Of a stretch of 64,000 nt of DNA, positions 8,904 to 19,100 are shown piece by piece (positions within the stretch are counted from its first letter, which is position 1; the number at the start of each line of letters is the position of its first letter). The notes beneath the pieces were generated by a model. That model did not search any database. It saw nothing but the letters and a program-made list of their open reading frames with translations, and was not told where the DNA came from. Both the position numbers and the translations under genes were made by a program. Source of the DNA: Candidatus Fermentibacteraceae bacterium. GTDB lineage: Bacteria; Fermentibacterota; Fermentibacteria; Fermentibacterales; JCC-6. The stretch covers positions 128,001 to 192,000 of the forward strand of contig JBGSZS010000004.1 of assembly GCA_041750285.1 (NCBI GenBank). The letters are read 5' to 3'.

Positions 8904-10151
8904 CTACATGCCGTACTTGGCGATGATGCCGTTCTTGTCCAGCCCCAGGATGCCGTACTTCTCCCCCACCCTGCGGAACGCTTCCACGCACTTGTCGATG
9001 TGGTGGAATTCGTGGGCGGCGGAGAGCTGAACCCTTATCCGTGCGGCCCCGGCTGGGACCACAGGGAAGAAGAAGCCAATCACGTAGATGCCCTCGGCGT
9101 ACATGTCGCGGGACATGTCGTTGGCCAGTTTGGCGTTGAAGAGCATCACGGGAACGATCGGGGTCGCGCCCTCGCGGATGCAGAGCCCGGCCTCGGTTAT
9201 GCCCTTGCGGAACCTTTCGGTGTTGCGCTCGAGCTTGTCGCGGCGCTCGGTGCTCGACGAAACGAGGTCGATGACCTTGATCGATGCCGCCACGATGGAC
9301 GGGGCCATGGAGTTGGAGAACAGGTAGGGCCTTGCCTTCTGACGGCAGAGCTCGACCAGTTCCCTCCTCCCCGAAACGCAGCCGCCGGAGGCGCCTCCAA
9401 GGCCCTTGCCGAACGTGGTGGTGATGATGTCCACCCTGTCCATCACGCCGAAATGCTCGTGGGTTCCACGGCCCGTTTTCCCGATGAAGCCCGAGGCGTG
9501 GGACTCGTCCACGAGTATCATGGCGTCGTACTTGTCGCAGAGGGCGCACATCTCGTCGAGGGGAGCCAGGTCGCCGTCCATCGAGAACACGCCGTCGGTC
9601 ACCACGAGCCTGTTGCGCTTGTCCTGGTGGAGGATCAGCTTGTTCTCGAGGTGCTTCATGTCCATGTGCTTGAAGGTGTCGTACTCGGCTGAGCACAGCC
9701 TGATGCCGTCGACGAGTGAAGCGTGGATCAGACGGTCCGCTATGATGACGTCCTGCTGGCCGAGGATCGCCTCGAACACCCCGGAGTTGGCGTCCATGCA
9801 CGAGGGAAAGAGCAGTGTCGACTCCATGCCCAGGAACTTCGAGACCTTGTCCTGCAGCTCGCGGTGGATGTCCTGCGTACCGCAGATGAAGCGCACCGAG
9901 CTCATCCCGTAGCCGCGCTCATCAAGGCCCCTGTGGGCGGCCGCCACCACGTCGGGATGGCTGGAGAGCCCGAGGTAGTTGTTGGCGCAGAAATTGAGAA
10001 CCTTTTTCTTCTCCGCGCCCTCGGGGAACTCGACCAGTATCTCCGCGTCCTGCGGAGAGCAGATGAACCGCTTCTCCTTGTACAGCCCCTTCTCCCTTAT
10101 GGAATCGATCTCGGAGCTGAAGGCGGCCCTTGTCTTTTCGCTGTAAGCCAT
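8904..10151 (-). CDS. kbl: KBL-like alpha-oxoamine synthase (PLP), ACP-adjacent paralog
   Basis: NFCANNYLGL, SVRFICGT, LIHAS, DESH, TFGKGLGG, RPYLFSN; C-terminal extension KYGILGLDKNGIIAKYGM. Confidence 0.85.
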   Translation of the reverse strand: MAYSEKTRAAFSSEIDSIREKGLYKEKRFICSPQDAEILVEFPEGAEKKKVLNFCANNYLGLSSHPDVVAAAHRGLDERGYGMSSVRFICGTQDIHRELQDKVSKFLGMESTLLFPSCMDANSGVFEAILGQQDVIIADRLIHASLVDGIRLCSAEYDTFKHMDMKHLENKLILHQDKRNRLVVTDGVFSMDGDLAPLDEMCALCDKYDAMILVDESHASGFIGKTGRGTHEHFGVMDRVDIITTTFGKGLGGASGGCVSGRRELVELCRQKARPYLFSNSMAPSIVAASIKVIDLVSSSTERRDKLERNTERFRKGITEAGLCIREGATPIVPVMLFNAKLANDMSRDMYAEGIYVIGFFFPVVPAGAARIRVQLSAAHEFHHIDKCVEAFRRVGEKYGILGLDKNGIIAKYGM

Positions 10152-10164
10152 TCGGCGCCTCCCG

Positions 10165-10413
10165 TCAGCCCTGGTGCTTTTTCACCAGGCGGCAGATCGA
10201 TGTGACGGTGTCGAAAGCCTCGGGGGTGGCTTCGTCGTCGGGGAGCTTGATGCTGTACTTCTTCTCGAGGAAGACCTTGAGCGAGACCATCGAGAAGCTG
10301 TCCACAAGACCGGAGGAGATTAGCGGAGTGTCGTATCCGACATCCTGCTCGTCGTCCTCGTCAACGTATTCGCCTATCACGTACTGCAGGATCACGTCCT
10401 TCATTTCGTCCAT
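10165..10413 (-). CDS. Acyl carrier protein (DltC/PCP-like)
   Basis: 82 aa, acidic; DTPLISSGLVDSFS phosphopantetheine Ser motif; PEAFDTV. Confidence 0.9.
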   Translation of the reverse strand: MDEMKDVILQYVIGEYVDEDDEQDVGYDTPLISSGLVDSFSMVSLKVFLEKKYSIKLPDDEATPEAFDTVTSICRLVKKHQG

Positions 10414-10446
10414 TTCATGTTTCCTTTCCTTTATGGCAGGTTGTTC

Positions 10447-12192
10447 TCAGTCTTCTTCGAGGGTCGAAAGGTCGCCGGTGTCCTCACCCCACTCCAGGGC
10501 GCGCAGGTAACGCCTGAGTATCTTGCCTGAACGGGTCTTGGGAAGCTTTTCGAGGTATTCGATCTCCTGCGGCATGGCCAGAGGCGAAAGCCTCTTCCTG
10601 ATGAAGTTCATGATGGAGAGCTCGAGGTCGTCGCTTGGTTCGAAACCCGGGTTGAGGGTTACGAACGCCTTGACCACCTCCATGTTGACCTCGTCCGGCT
10701 TGCCAACCGCTGCAGCCTCGGCGATTGCCTCGTGCTCGATGAGGGCCGATTCCACCTCGAAGGGCCCCACCAGGTGCCCACCCGTGTTGATCACATCGTC
10801 ATCGCGCCCGACGAACCAGTAGTAGCCGTCCTTGTCGATGCTTGCCCTGTCGCCGGAGACGTACCATAGGTCCCGGTTCGCCCTGAGCTCGGCGGGAGTG
10901 GCGTTCGCGGGAGCGCCCGGGAACTTGCTGCGGTAAAGGTCGGGCCTCTGCCAGTACTCCCTGAACATCGAGGGCCACCCGGGCCTGAAGGCGATGAGCC
11001 CGACCACACCGGGTTCGGTGACAGGCTTGTGTGTCTTGAGGTCGAGCACCGTGGCAGTGATCCCCGGGAAGGGCTTGCCCATCGATCCGGGCTTGATCTT
11101 CATTCCGGGGTAGTTGGTTATCATCATCGCGCCGGTCTCGGTCTGCCAGAACGTGTCGTGGAAGGGAAGGCCGAACACCTTCTCGCTCCAGATCACGGCC
11201 TCGGAGTTAAGGGGTTCGCCAACCGAGGCGAGGTGGCGGAGCCTCGAGAGGTCGAACTTCGCAACGGCCTCGTCGCCGTCGCGCATCAGGGAACGGATGG
11301 CCGTGGGCGCCGAGTACCATACGGTCACCCTGTTGTCCTGCACGAACTGGTACCATCTGGCCGATGTGAAGCCCGAATCGAGGACGCACTGGGTTATGCC
11401 GAGGCTCCAGGGGCCGATTATGCCGTAGCTGGTCCCCGTCACCCATCCCGGGTCGGCGGTGCACCAGTATACGTCATCCTCCCTGAGGTCGAGGACCCAG
11501 TGGCTGGTGAGGGCCTGGCCCATTACCGAACCGTGTACGTGCTGGGCGCCCTTGGGCTGTCCCGTCGTTCCGGACGTGTAGTGGAGCACCGACGGGGTCT
11601 CGGAGTCGGACCTGAAAACGTCGAAGGTCTCTACCCTGGGGGCTGTCTCGAAGTCGTAGAAGTGTTCGCCCTCCTTCAGTCTGCCCTGGTCTCCCTCGAC
11701 GACGATGACGTGCTTCAGGTTTGGCAGCCTGTCCTGGATGGCCCTGACCTTCTTCACATGCTTCTGTGTTGTAAGGATGGCCGCTGTCCCCGCGCCTGCG
11801 AGCCTCACCTCGAGAGACTCGTCGCCAAAGGCGCTGAAAAGGGGCTGAACGATGCCGCCCATCTTCAGGACACCCAGGAAGGAGATGTAGAGGGCGGGTA
11901 TCTTGTCCATGAAGACGCATACGCGGTCGCCGGGCTTGATGCCGAGCGACTCGAGCATTTTCGCGAATCCGTTGGAGTAGACCCTTATGTCGTCGAAGGT
12001 GAACGTCTTCTTCTTCCCTCCGAACCCTTCCCATATCATGGCTGTCTTCGAGGCGCCGCCGCGGGCGCAGACCCTGTCGGAGCAGATGGCGCCGATGTTG
12101 AGAAGCTCGCCGTCCTTCCAGTCCAGGACCTTTTTCGCGATGCTCCAGTCGAAATCCTTCAGTCTCTGTTCATAGCTTCCGATGTTGCTCAA
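10447..12192 (-). CDS. acsA: AMP-forming acetate--CoA ligase family (AcsA-like)
   Basis: YTSGTTGQPKG, WCTADPGWVTG, SVGEPLN, DTFWQTETG, GRDDDVI, PKTRSGKILRR, GDLSTLE. Confidence 0.9.
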   Translation of the reverse strand: MSNIGSYEQRLKDFDWSIAKKVLDWKDGELLNIGAICSDRVCARGGASKTAMIWEGFGGKKKTFTFDDIRVYSNGFAKMLESLGIKPGDRVCVFMDKIPALYISFLGVLKMGGIVQPLFSAFGDESLEVRLAGAGTAAILTTQKHVKKVRAIQDRLPNLKHVIVVEGDQGRLKEGEHFYDFETAPRVETFDVFRSDSETPSVLHYTSGTTGQPKGAQHVHGSVMGQALTSHWVLDLREDDVYWCTADPGWVTGTSYGIIGPWSLGITQCVLDSGFTSARWYQFVQDNRVTVWYSAPTAIRSLMRDGDEAVAKFDLSRLRHLASVGEPLNSEAVIWSEKVFGLPFHDTFWQTETGAMMITNYPGMKIKPGSMGKPFPGITATVLDLKTHKPVTEPGVVGLIAFRPGWPSMFREYWQRPDLYRSKFPGAPANATPAELRANRDLWYVSGDRASIDKDGYYWFVGRDDDVINTGGHLVGPFEVESALIEHEAIAEAAAVGKPDEVNMEVVKAFVTLNPGFEPSDDLELSIMNFIRKRLSPLAMPQEIEYLEKLPKTRSGKILRRYLRALEWGEDTGDLSTLEED

Positions 12193-12586
12193 GGCTGCCC
12201 CTTCCGTTCTGTACCGCTGAAAGAACCACTATCGCCACTGCGTTCGTTCCGCAATGGCTTATGGAAACCCTTACATCTCCGACATGCCGCCGGGCTGCGA
12301 GCGCGGCGAGCCTTCCGTGCAGACGGATGCCCACTTCGCCGGACCCGCTGTTCCTTTGGACCTCCACCTCTCTGAAGCCGGGGTCCGGATCGCTCTCATC
12401 AACGCCCAGAGCGGTCAGCACGGCTTTCTTCGCGGCAAACCTGCCCGCGAAGCTCTCATGTCTTCTGGCCCTGCTCACCGCGTAACTGGTCTCGTCAGGC
12501 AGAAAGACACCGCTTATGAACTCATCGGTGAGGTTTCTCCTGAAGTCCGCCAGATCAACGATGTGTATTCCCACCGCCACGATCAA
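12170..12586 (-). CDS. acpS: AcpS-type phosphopantetheinyl transferase homolog with substituted metal ligands
   Basis: VGIHIVD (normally GxDIVE), AGRFAAKKAV (normally FAAKEA), VSISHC...AVAIV; codons checked in the DNA. Confidence 0.8.
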   Translation of the reverse strand: MIVAVGIHIVDLADFRRNLTDEFISGVFLPDETSYAVSRARRHESFAGRFAAKKAVLTALGVDESDPDPGFREVEVQRNSGSGEVGIRLHGRLAALAARRHVGDVRVSISHCGTNAVAIVVLSAVQNGRGSLEQHRKL

Positions 12587-12640
12587 GACGCACCTCTTCC
12601 CGCCGGGCGGAACGCCCGCCGCCGGGAACCCTCCCCGGGA

Positions 12641-12669
12641 ACCCTAACCAGAGACCCGCTTCGTGTCCA
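12641..12669 (-). promoter_or_regulatory. Putative sigma70 promoter of the acpS-acsA-acp-kbl operon
   Basis: Minus strand TGGACA-N17-TAGGGT about 55 bp upstream of the acpS start. Confidence 0.45.
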
Positions 12670-12677
12670 CAGGCATT

Positions 12678-14843
12678 TCAGGGCCATATCGCCCTGTAGA
12701 TCTCGTAGTTGTGAAAGACAATCTCCACGTACTTCTTGGTTTCGTTGAACGTGATCCTCGAGAAGAACTCTTCCGGGGACGCCGTACCTGCGCCCCAGCG
12801 GACCGCGTTGTGGGGGCCGCCGTTGTAGGCCGCCAGTGTTTCGAACACCCCTCCGCCCATCTCTTCGGAGTAGCCTGAAATGCAGGCAGTCCCGTACTCG
12901 ATCGAGACCCGCGGGTCGTAGAGTGCGTCAGGGGTGAAGTGCTCCCAGCCCCTCTGGTCCGCCACGTACTCGGAGGTGCTCGGGATCATCTGAAGAAGTC
13001 CCCTCGCCCCCGCTGTGGAGTAGACCCCGGGCGAGAATCCGCTCTCCTGTTTCATGATGCTGAAGATAAGCAGAGGGTCGAGGCCGTACCTTGCGCTTGC
13101 AGATTCGACCTGTTCCCCCCATGCCATCGGGTATCTGAGCCTCCACAGTTCCAGGGGCCTGTTGGTCCCCTCAAGGCTCCACATGGTGTAGGCGGCCCAG
13201 GGGCCCCTCTCCCAGACTCCGTGTTCAGCGTAGAACGGGCCAAGGCGGAAAGCCCCTCCCACCTCGGCCTCGGCGGCGCGGAAGAGGTCGATGGCCCATT
13301 CCCTCCTTCCCGCGGCGACGAGGAATGCTCCCGTGACTGCCGACTGCGGAGGGAGTGCCGGAGCGCGTCCGTTGCGGGTCATCCAGATATCGAGGGGTTC
13401 CGTGGTGTAACCGGGCTGCCAGGGGGGCAGACCAAGGTATTCCCTGGCAAAGAAGGCCGGAAGGTTCTCGGGCTTGTCATTGATCAGTGTCTCGAGAATG
13501 ACCCGTCCCCCTGGATCTCCCGCACGGTCGAGAAGCCTGCCGTAGTAGAACCTGGCCGGTGGCGAATAGACGCTTTCGGTCCACCTCGCGATGAACCTTG
13601 CCAGTTCGTCGGGGGCCGATGGATCACCAGTCTCGAGCAGGGCAAGGCAAAGATAGAAATGGGCGTCATCAGCGGTGGTGTTCCCGGGGTACTGCTCCAG
13701 GGTCATTCGGAAATGCGGAATCGACAGCTCGAAAAGGCCGTTTTCGAATAGAAGGCTTCCCCTGTACCAGGGAAGGTTGCTGATGCGCGTGTGGGAAGGC
13801 CATGTGCGTTCATAGAGGTCGAAGAGGTCAAGCGCCCCCTCCACCTCGCCCAGCGCGGCCCTGCTTCTTGCGAGGTTGATCACGGCGTCGGGGGCATCGT
13901 CGCCCCGGGGCCAGCGCCGGATGTATTCGGACAGCATTCGCACCGCTTCATCGTAACGGCCAAGCCTGTCACGTGTCCGGGCGGCAAGGTAGTAGAGGTG
14001 CGCGGGCGGGTTCGGGCTCTGCAGGGCGATCTCGGTGAGCTGGTTCCACATGCCGCCGTCGTAGTAGTGCCCGGCAACCCTCGATGCGATCGCGGGGTCG
14101 GACAGCAGGGTCTCCCTCAGAACCTCGTAGGCCGCTCCGTGGATGTCGCCGGCGGGCCAGAGCGCGAGGGATTCGACCAGGTCGTCCTGCCAGCCCGCAA
14201 GGCCGGCGGCGTGCCTGTGCATTCCCCGGTAATGAAGGATCGCAGACGAAACCTCATCGCCATCGAGGGCTTCCGCCCTTCGCCAGAGGGCTTCCTGCGC
14301 CGCAGTGTCGCCCGTGCCCAGAGCCGCCCTGTAAGAGAGGACCAGGTGATCGTTTCCGGCAGCCCCCGGAAGGCTGTCTCCCGCATGTGAGAGAAAGGCC
14401 GCCGCTTCATCGGGCAGACCGGCTTCGACAAGGGCTTCGGCAGCCGCCAGGGCGGCGTACCCGGAGTGGGGGGTGCCTTGGGAAAGTATCAGGCTGCGGA
14501 GTTCCAGAGCGGCGAAGGCGCCGCCCAGGCGCAGGGCGTGAAACACCGCAACTGAATCGGGGGAGTCAAGCAGCAGGGCCGCCGCTTCCGGGTTCTGCCC
14601 GGGGCAGACTGCGGCGGCTGCATATGCAAGTTCGATCCTCCCGGGATTCCCGGGTTCGAGAGCCATGGCGGCGTCAACATAGGCCTGTGCCGCGGCGTCG
14701 AAGGAACCCAGGGCGCAGAGGCTGTCGGCTTGGGCCCTGAGCCTTGCGCAGCGGGCATCCGGGCTTTCGGGCACGGTTTCGACGGAAACGCTGCCGCACC
14801 CCGCGAGAAGGCAGAGCAGTAGCAGCCCCCTGTTCCTCCTCAA
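12678..14843 (-). CDS. Slt-type lytic transglycosylase lipoprotein with TPR repeats
   Basis: Lipobox LLAGC; TPR-like helices; IMKQESGF (catalytic Glu), GARGLLQMIPST, AAYNGGP, ETKKYV. Confidence 0.9.
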   Translation of the reverse strand: MRRNRGLLLLCLLAGCGSVSVETVPESPDARCARLRAQADSLCALGSFDAAAQAYVDAAMALEPGNPGRIELAYAAAAVCPGQNPEAAALLLDSPDSVAVFHALRLGGAFAALELRSLILSQGTPHSGYAALAAAEALVEAGLPDEAAAFLSHAGDSLPGAAGNDHLVLSYRAALGTGDTAAQEALWRRAEALDGDEVSSAILHYRGMHRHAAGLAGWQDDLVESLALWPAGDIHGAAYEVLRETLLSDPAIASRVAGHYYDGGMWNQLTEIALQSPNPPAHLYYLAARTRDRLGRYDEAVRMLSEYIRRWPRGDDAPDAVINLARSRAALGEVEGALDLFDLYERTWPSHTRISNLPWYRGSLLFENGLFELSIPHFRMTLEQYPGNTTADDAHFYLCLALLETGDPSAPDELARFIARWTESVYSPPARFYYGRLLDRAGDPGGRVILETLINDKPENLPAFFAREYLGLPPWQPGYTTEPLDIWMTRNGRAPALPPQSAVTGAFLVAAGRREWAIDLFRAAEAEVGGAFRLGPFYAEHGVWERGPWAAYTMWSLEGTNRPLELWRLRYPMAWGEQVESASARYGLDPLLIFSIMKQESGFSPGVYSTAGARGLLQMIPSTSEYVADQRGWEHFTPDALYDPRVSIEYGTACISGYSEEMGGGVFETLAAYNGGPHNAVRWGAGTASPEEFFSRITFNETKKYVEIVFHNYEIYRAIWP

Positions 14844-16180
14844 TTCGCCCCGTCACCCGTGTAGGCAGCAAGTTCCGCCCTGACATCGGGGTTGCCCGGC
14901 GCGATGGAAACCGCCCGTTCAAGCGTTGCCACGGCGTCGGCATGGCGGCCCGAGGCGGCCAGAGCCCTGCTGTATGCGATCATTGTCCTTACCGAGGGTG
15001 ACTCATCCGCCATGAACCTCTCGAGGAAGGAGATCGATTCCCCGGCTCTGCCGCCGGCAAGGAGAAGCACTCCAAGTCCCGAAACGGCCTGGTCGAGGTC
15101 GGGCTTCAGCTCGAGAGCCTTCCTGAATGAGGCCTCGGCCTCGCTCTCCTCTCCCCCGGCTGCCTGGACGTGGGCCAGGTTGCACCATACTTCCGCTCTT
15201 CCGGCGTCGAGGCCTATCGCCTCCTTCAGGTCGAGGGCGGCGGCCTCGTACTCACCGGTGTTGTAATGGTGTATCGCGCTGCGGTTCAACGAGCTGATGC
15301 CTTCCTCCATGGCCTTTCCCGCGAACCTTTCGGTGACTTCCTGCATCTCGGCGAGTATGGCTGCGTTCTTCCCGAGCCCTTCGGAAAGCTCCTTCTTCAC
15401 GGCTTCGATGGCCTTGCCCGTCTTCTCACCGGCCTTCGTCACGTCTGTCAGGACCTGTTCGGTATTCCTGAGGGTCTCCCCGGCCTTCTCGAGGTTCGCC
15501 GCGGTCTCGGCCCTCATGCTCTCCGCCTTTTCGGAAAGCGCATCCTGCATCGCGCGCACGGAATCGGGGATCGAACCGATGGCGTCGATTATGAAGCCCG
15601 AAGCCTCGGTCAAACCCCTGGCGCTGTTCAGTGCCGCTTCCTGAACGGATGAGTTGAGTTCGGCGAGAAGCCTTTCGAGCCTGTCCCCGAGTTCGGAAAG
15701 ACCGGGCGCCGGCGAGCCTTCCTCCGGTGAGCCTGATGACCCGCCGCCCTGTGACGCCAGGGCAGAGACGGCTTCTTCGAGCCTTTTGAACTGGGCTTCG
15801 AAGAAGCTCTCGCCGGGCTGCGCCGGGTACTCGGCCTTCGCCACCTGTTCACGTACCGAGTCGAGCTTCTCTCCCAGGCCTGCCGCAAGATTCCCGATGG
15901 AGGTGTCGAGCCTTGCGAGCCCCTCAGTTATCGGAGCCGGATCGAACGGTCCGGCGGAGGGTCCGGAACCCGGGGTGAGCCGGGACACGGCTTCCTCCAT
16001 CCTTCCGAACTGCGCTTCGAAGAACCCCTCTCCCGGCAGCCCGGCAGGCTTTGTCGCGGCGATCTCGCTCTTCACGGCATCAAGTTTTTCCGCAAGCACA
16101 TCCATCTTCCCGGACATCTGAAGCATGGCCTGCCCGAGCGCCACGAGAAGCTGCTCAACGGTCATCTGGTTATCCGCCAT
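14840..16180 (-). CDS. Coiled-coil plus C-terminal TPR protein with an internal duplication
   Basis: Two copies of EKLDxV...PGExFFEAQFxRxEEAVS; TPRs (AEVWCNLAHV..AEASFRKALELKPD). Confidence 0.8.
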   Translation of the reverse strand: MADNQMTVEQLLVALGQAMLQMSGKMDVLAEKLDAVKSEIAATKPAGLPGEGFFEAQFGRMEEAVSRLTPGSGPSAGPFDPAPITEGLARLDTSIGNLAAGLGEKLDSVREQVAKAEYPAQPGESFFEAQFKRLEEAVSALASQGGGSSGSPEEGSPAPGLSELGDRLERLLAELNSSVQEAALNSARGLTEASGFIIDAIGSIPDSVRAMQDALSEKAESMRAETAANLEKAGETLRNTEQVLTDVTKAGEKTGKAIEAVKKELSEGLGKNAAILAEMQEVTERFAGKAMEEGISSLNRSAIHHYNTGEYEAAALDLKEAIGLDAGRAEVWCNLAHVQAAGGEESEAEASFRKALELKPDLDQAVSGLGVLLLAGGRAGESISFLERFMADESPSVRTMIAYSRALAASGRHADAVATLERAVSIAPGNPDVRAELAAYTGDGAN

Positions 16181-19100
16181 TGGTCATCCCCCGTCCCCTG
16201 TTCCATTTGTCCATGTCAAGATCGCTTATCGCATGGCTCCGGCCGTGATCCACGCTCCGCGCGGCAAAAAGGCCGGGATGCCTTTCCTGCATCAGTCTCT
16301 CGAGTGCGGCCTTCTCCATTGGCAGCCCCATCTGGGAAAAGGCCCAGTGCAGCCTTTCCAGGTGGACCGGATCGCCGGTGCTCCTGTAACGTGCAAGCCA
16401 GCCTGCGCAGGCCGCCTCCCTCCTGCCCGAAGCCCATAGCTTGTCCTCATCGCACGGTGCGGATCGGGCTGCCAGGGCCACGGAATCCCTGAGCTGTGAC
16501 AGAAGCGCGTCGTCGCCCCGGGCCGCCTCGAAGGCCTCCCCGGTTCTCCCGGCTGCCACGAGAAGCCTTATCATGCCGGCAGTCACCCTGGCGTCCTTCA
16601 TCGAAAGCGCCCTGTCCACGAGAAGTGCGGATTTTTCCGAAAGTTCGCTGTCACCGGAATCGGCGAGTCTCATGGCGAACTCCATCACGGTCTCGCCGTC
16701 GAGCCCTGAACGGGCGAGTGCGGCCGCTGCGGCACCTGCCTCATCGGGCTTCAGCACGGCACCGGGGGGAAGGAACTCGGCAAGCCCCTTCGCCACCAAG
16801 CCGTCGGATGCCACCGAGGTCCAGAAGTCGAGCCTCAGGGAATCATCGGAACGGGCGTCGTCGAAAAGCTCCTCATCGATCCCGGGGTACCCCTTGCCCG
16901 CAAGGACGACCCTGATCGCGTGGGCCTGGGCCGTAAGACCCGACCCGGCGCAGGTCTGCATGAGCGTGTGGAGAGGCTGGTACAACCCCTCGGTGGTCCA
17001 CTGTTCGATGCATTGCTCGACGGATTCGACCGGGGGGTCGATGTCAGGGGGAGCTGCGGCTTCATGGAAGAGCTGCGAATCCGCCGAGACGATCCCGAGC
17101 AGGGCCCTGACCCGCGGATCCGCAAGTTCCAGGACCGCCGCCTGTTCGAAAAGGCCGGGATCGATCCGGAGGGCGTCGCATACCGCGGCGGAAACATCCT
17201 GCCCCGTGGAGTGCCTCACGGCTGTGGATGCCCCGAAAAGAAGGAGTTCGGCGTCGCGCTTCTCGCTTCCGTATCGGATGGCTGCGGAGGACAGCTCGCC
17301 CGCTGGAGAGGAGTCTCTCTCCAGGGCTGTCGAGGCGGCGCTGCGGAAACCCTTCGCATCCTTGAAAAGAAGCCTGGAAAGGGCAAGGAGCTTCCAGAGT
17401 TCCCATGACTCGACATGGGCGGGGGCTTTCTCCTCAAGAAAGGCCTTCACCTCGGGGGAATCGATGCATTTTGAAAGAACGCCCGCTGCGCCCGAGAGGT
17501 CTCCGGTGTTGACAAGGGAATTGGCGAGGGCAAGGGTCGTCAGCCCCGATGTCTCCTCGCCGGCCATGGACTCGAGGACCTTCCTGGCAAGGGAAGCCGT
17601 TCCGGTGTCGGCGGCCGCGGCGGAAAGAAGACCGACCGCCTGGGTTCGGTTCCCGGTGGCGGTCGCGCGGCAGCCCGCGGCTAGTGATGCCACGGGTCCC
17701 TCGGGAATGTCAATGTGTTCGACCGAAACCGCCGCGGTTCCGAAATGACCCTCCTCGATGAAGTACTCGAGCCTGAAGAAGGCCGTGGAAAGAGGGTCGC
17801 CGGTGTCAACCCTGGTGGCCAGGGAATCCATCCAGTCCGCCCTTGTTCCGGGCTCGGCAAGCAGAGGCAGCAGTTTTGCGACCACGCTTCCCTGGCCGTT
17901 CTCGTTAAGTGCGGGCAGGAAGTTCTCAGCCGATGTCCTGTGGAGAAGGCTGAGCCGCATGTCCGACACCAGGTCGGCAACCCTGGCTGCAAGGGAGGGT
18001 TCCCTCACGGCCTCGGCCATGGCAGGGGAAGCGGTTGCCGCGTCTTCGAGGGCGACCGCAGCCGTGGCCTGCACGAGGTGTCCGGCCGGGGTCGAGGGTG
18101 TGAACCCGCTTTCCAGTATTTCCCGTGCGCTGCCCCGGGCAAGCCCGTTGTCGACGATCTCGAGCAGTCCGGCGTCGCTGACCTTCTCGCCCGAAAGCAG
18201 CAGGGCCAGCCAGTCCGACGCCGATTCCCGTGAATCGCCTATCCCTCCCGAGATCGAGGCCCTGAAGCGCCTCAGTCTGGGAAACTTCCCCATTAGATGG
18301 GAAAGCCGGGAGAGGATCACAGTCATGTCCGACCGGGACTTGAGGTCCTTTCTCGTTGCGAGGTGCTGCAGTGCGGCGCCGGCCTCGCCCTCCCTGCCCC
18401 CAAGGAGTCTGTGGACCGCGAGCAGGATGAGTACGGACGCGTTGCTTTTGTCCTTCTGGAGAAGCTTCTGTATCTGGTTGAACACCCAGTCCGGGTCCTG
18501 TTCGATCAGGTAGAGAATGATCTGAACGGCGTCCTCGACCGATCCCTTTTCCACCAGGAATTCGCCCAGCTTGCGCGAGACCCTGCCGTCCTTGTCCATC
18601 CCCTTCTCGATAACGCTTCGGCAGACTTCCGTCACAGGGGTCTGGTCGAGGTCGGCACACTCGAAGACCTTCGCCAGGGACTCCATGCCCTGGGTCGTCT
18701 CGCCTCTCGAAATCCTGAGCCTGGCCTGGAGCAGGTGCGCCCTGGCGCTTCCCGGGGCGCCCATGACCACCCCTGCCACGGCCTGTTCGAGCGAGTTGTG
18801 ATCCACTTCCCGATCGAGCAGCGCCTCGAGAACGTTGCACGAGTCGTTCGTCCTGCCTGCGGCCGACATTAGCCTGGCCAGTGCGATCGAAGCCTTGCCC
18901 GTGCCGTCGGTGGGAACCAGGCTCTTCTCGGTTATGGCTATGGCCTTCTCTATTATCTCCCGGTCGGCCATAAGCAGGGTGGAAAGCTCTGAAAGCGCCC
19001 TTTCGGTGTCGGAAAGGGCCACGAGGATCCTGATCCGCCCGAGGTTCACGTCCATGTCGGTGCCCCCGGTGCGGTTTGCTATCCAGCCGCTCAGCCTGGC

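Noticed and set aside
7428..12375. Long plus-strand ORFs opposite kbl and acsA (7428-8447, 9000-9692, 11029-12375)
   Set aside because: Antisense shadows caused by codon bias; the minus-strand genes carry all recognisable motifs
7527..12586. Sphingolipid (serine palmitoyltransferase) or biotin (BioF) assignment for the PLP enzymes
   Set aside because: Both have KBL-type signatures (FCANNYLGL, SVRFICGT, RPYxFSN), and the ligase is a short-chain Acs type rather than a long-chain ligase; not excluded but less supported
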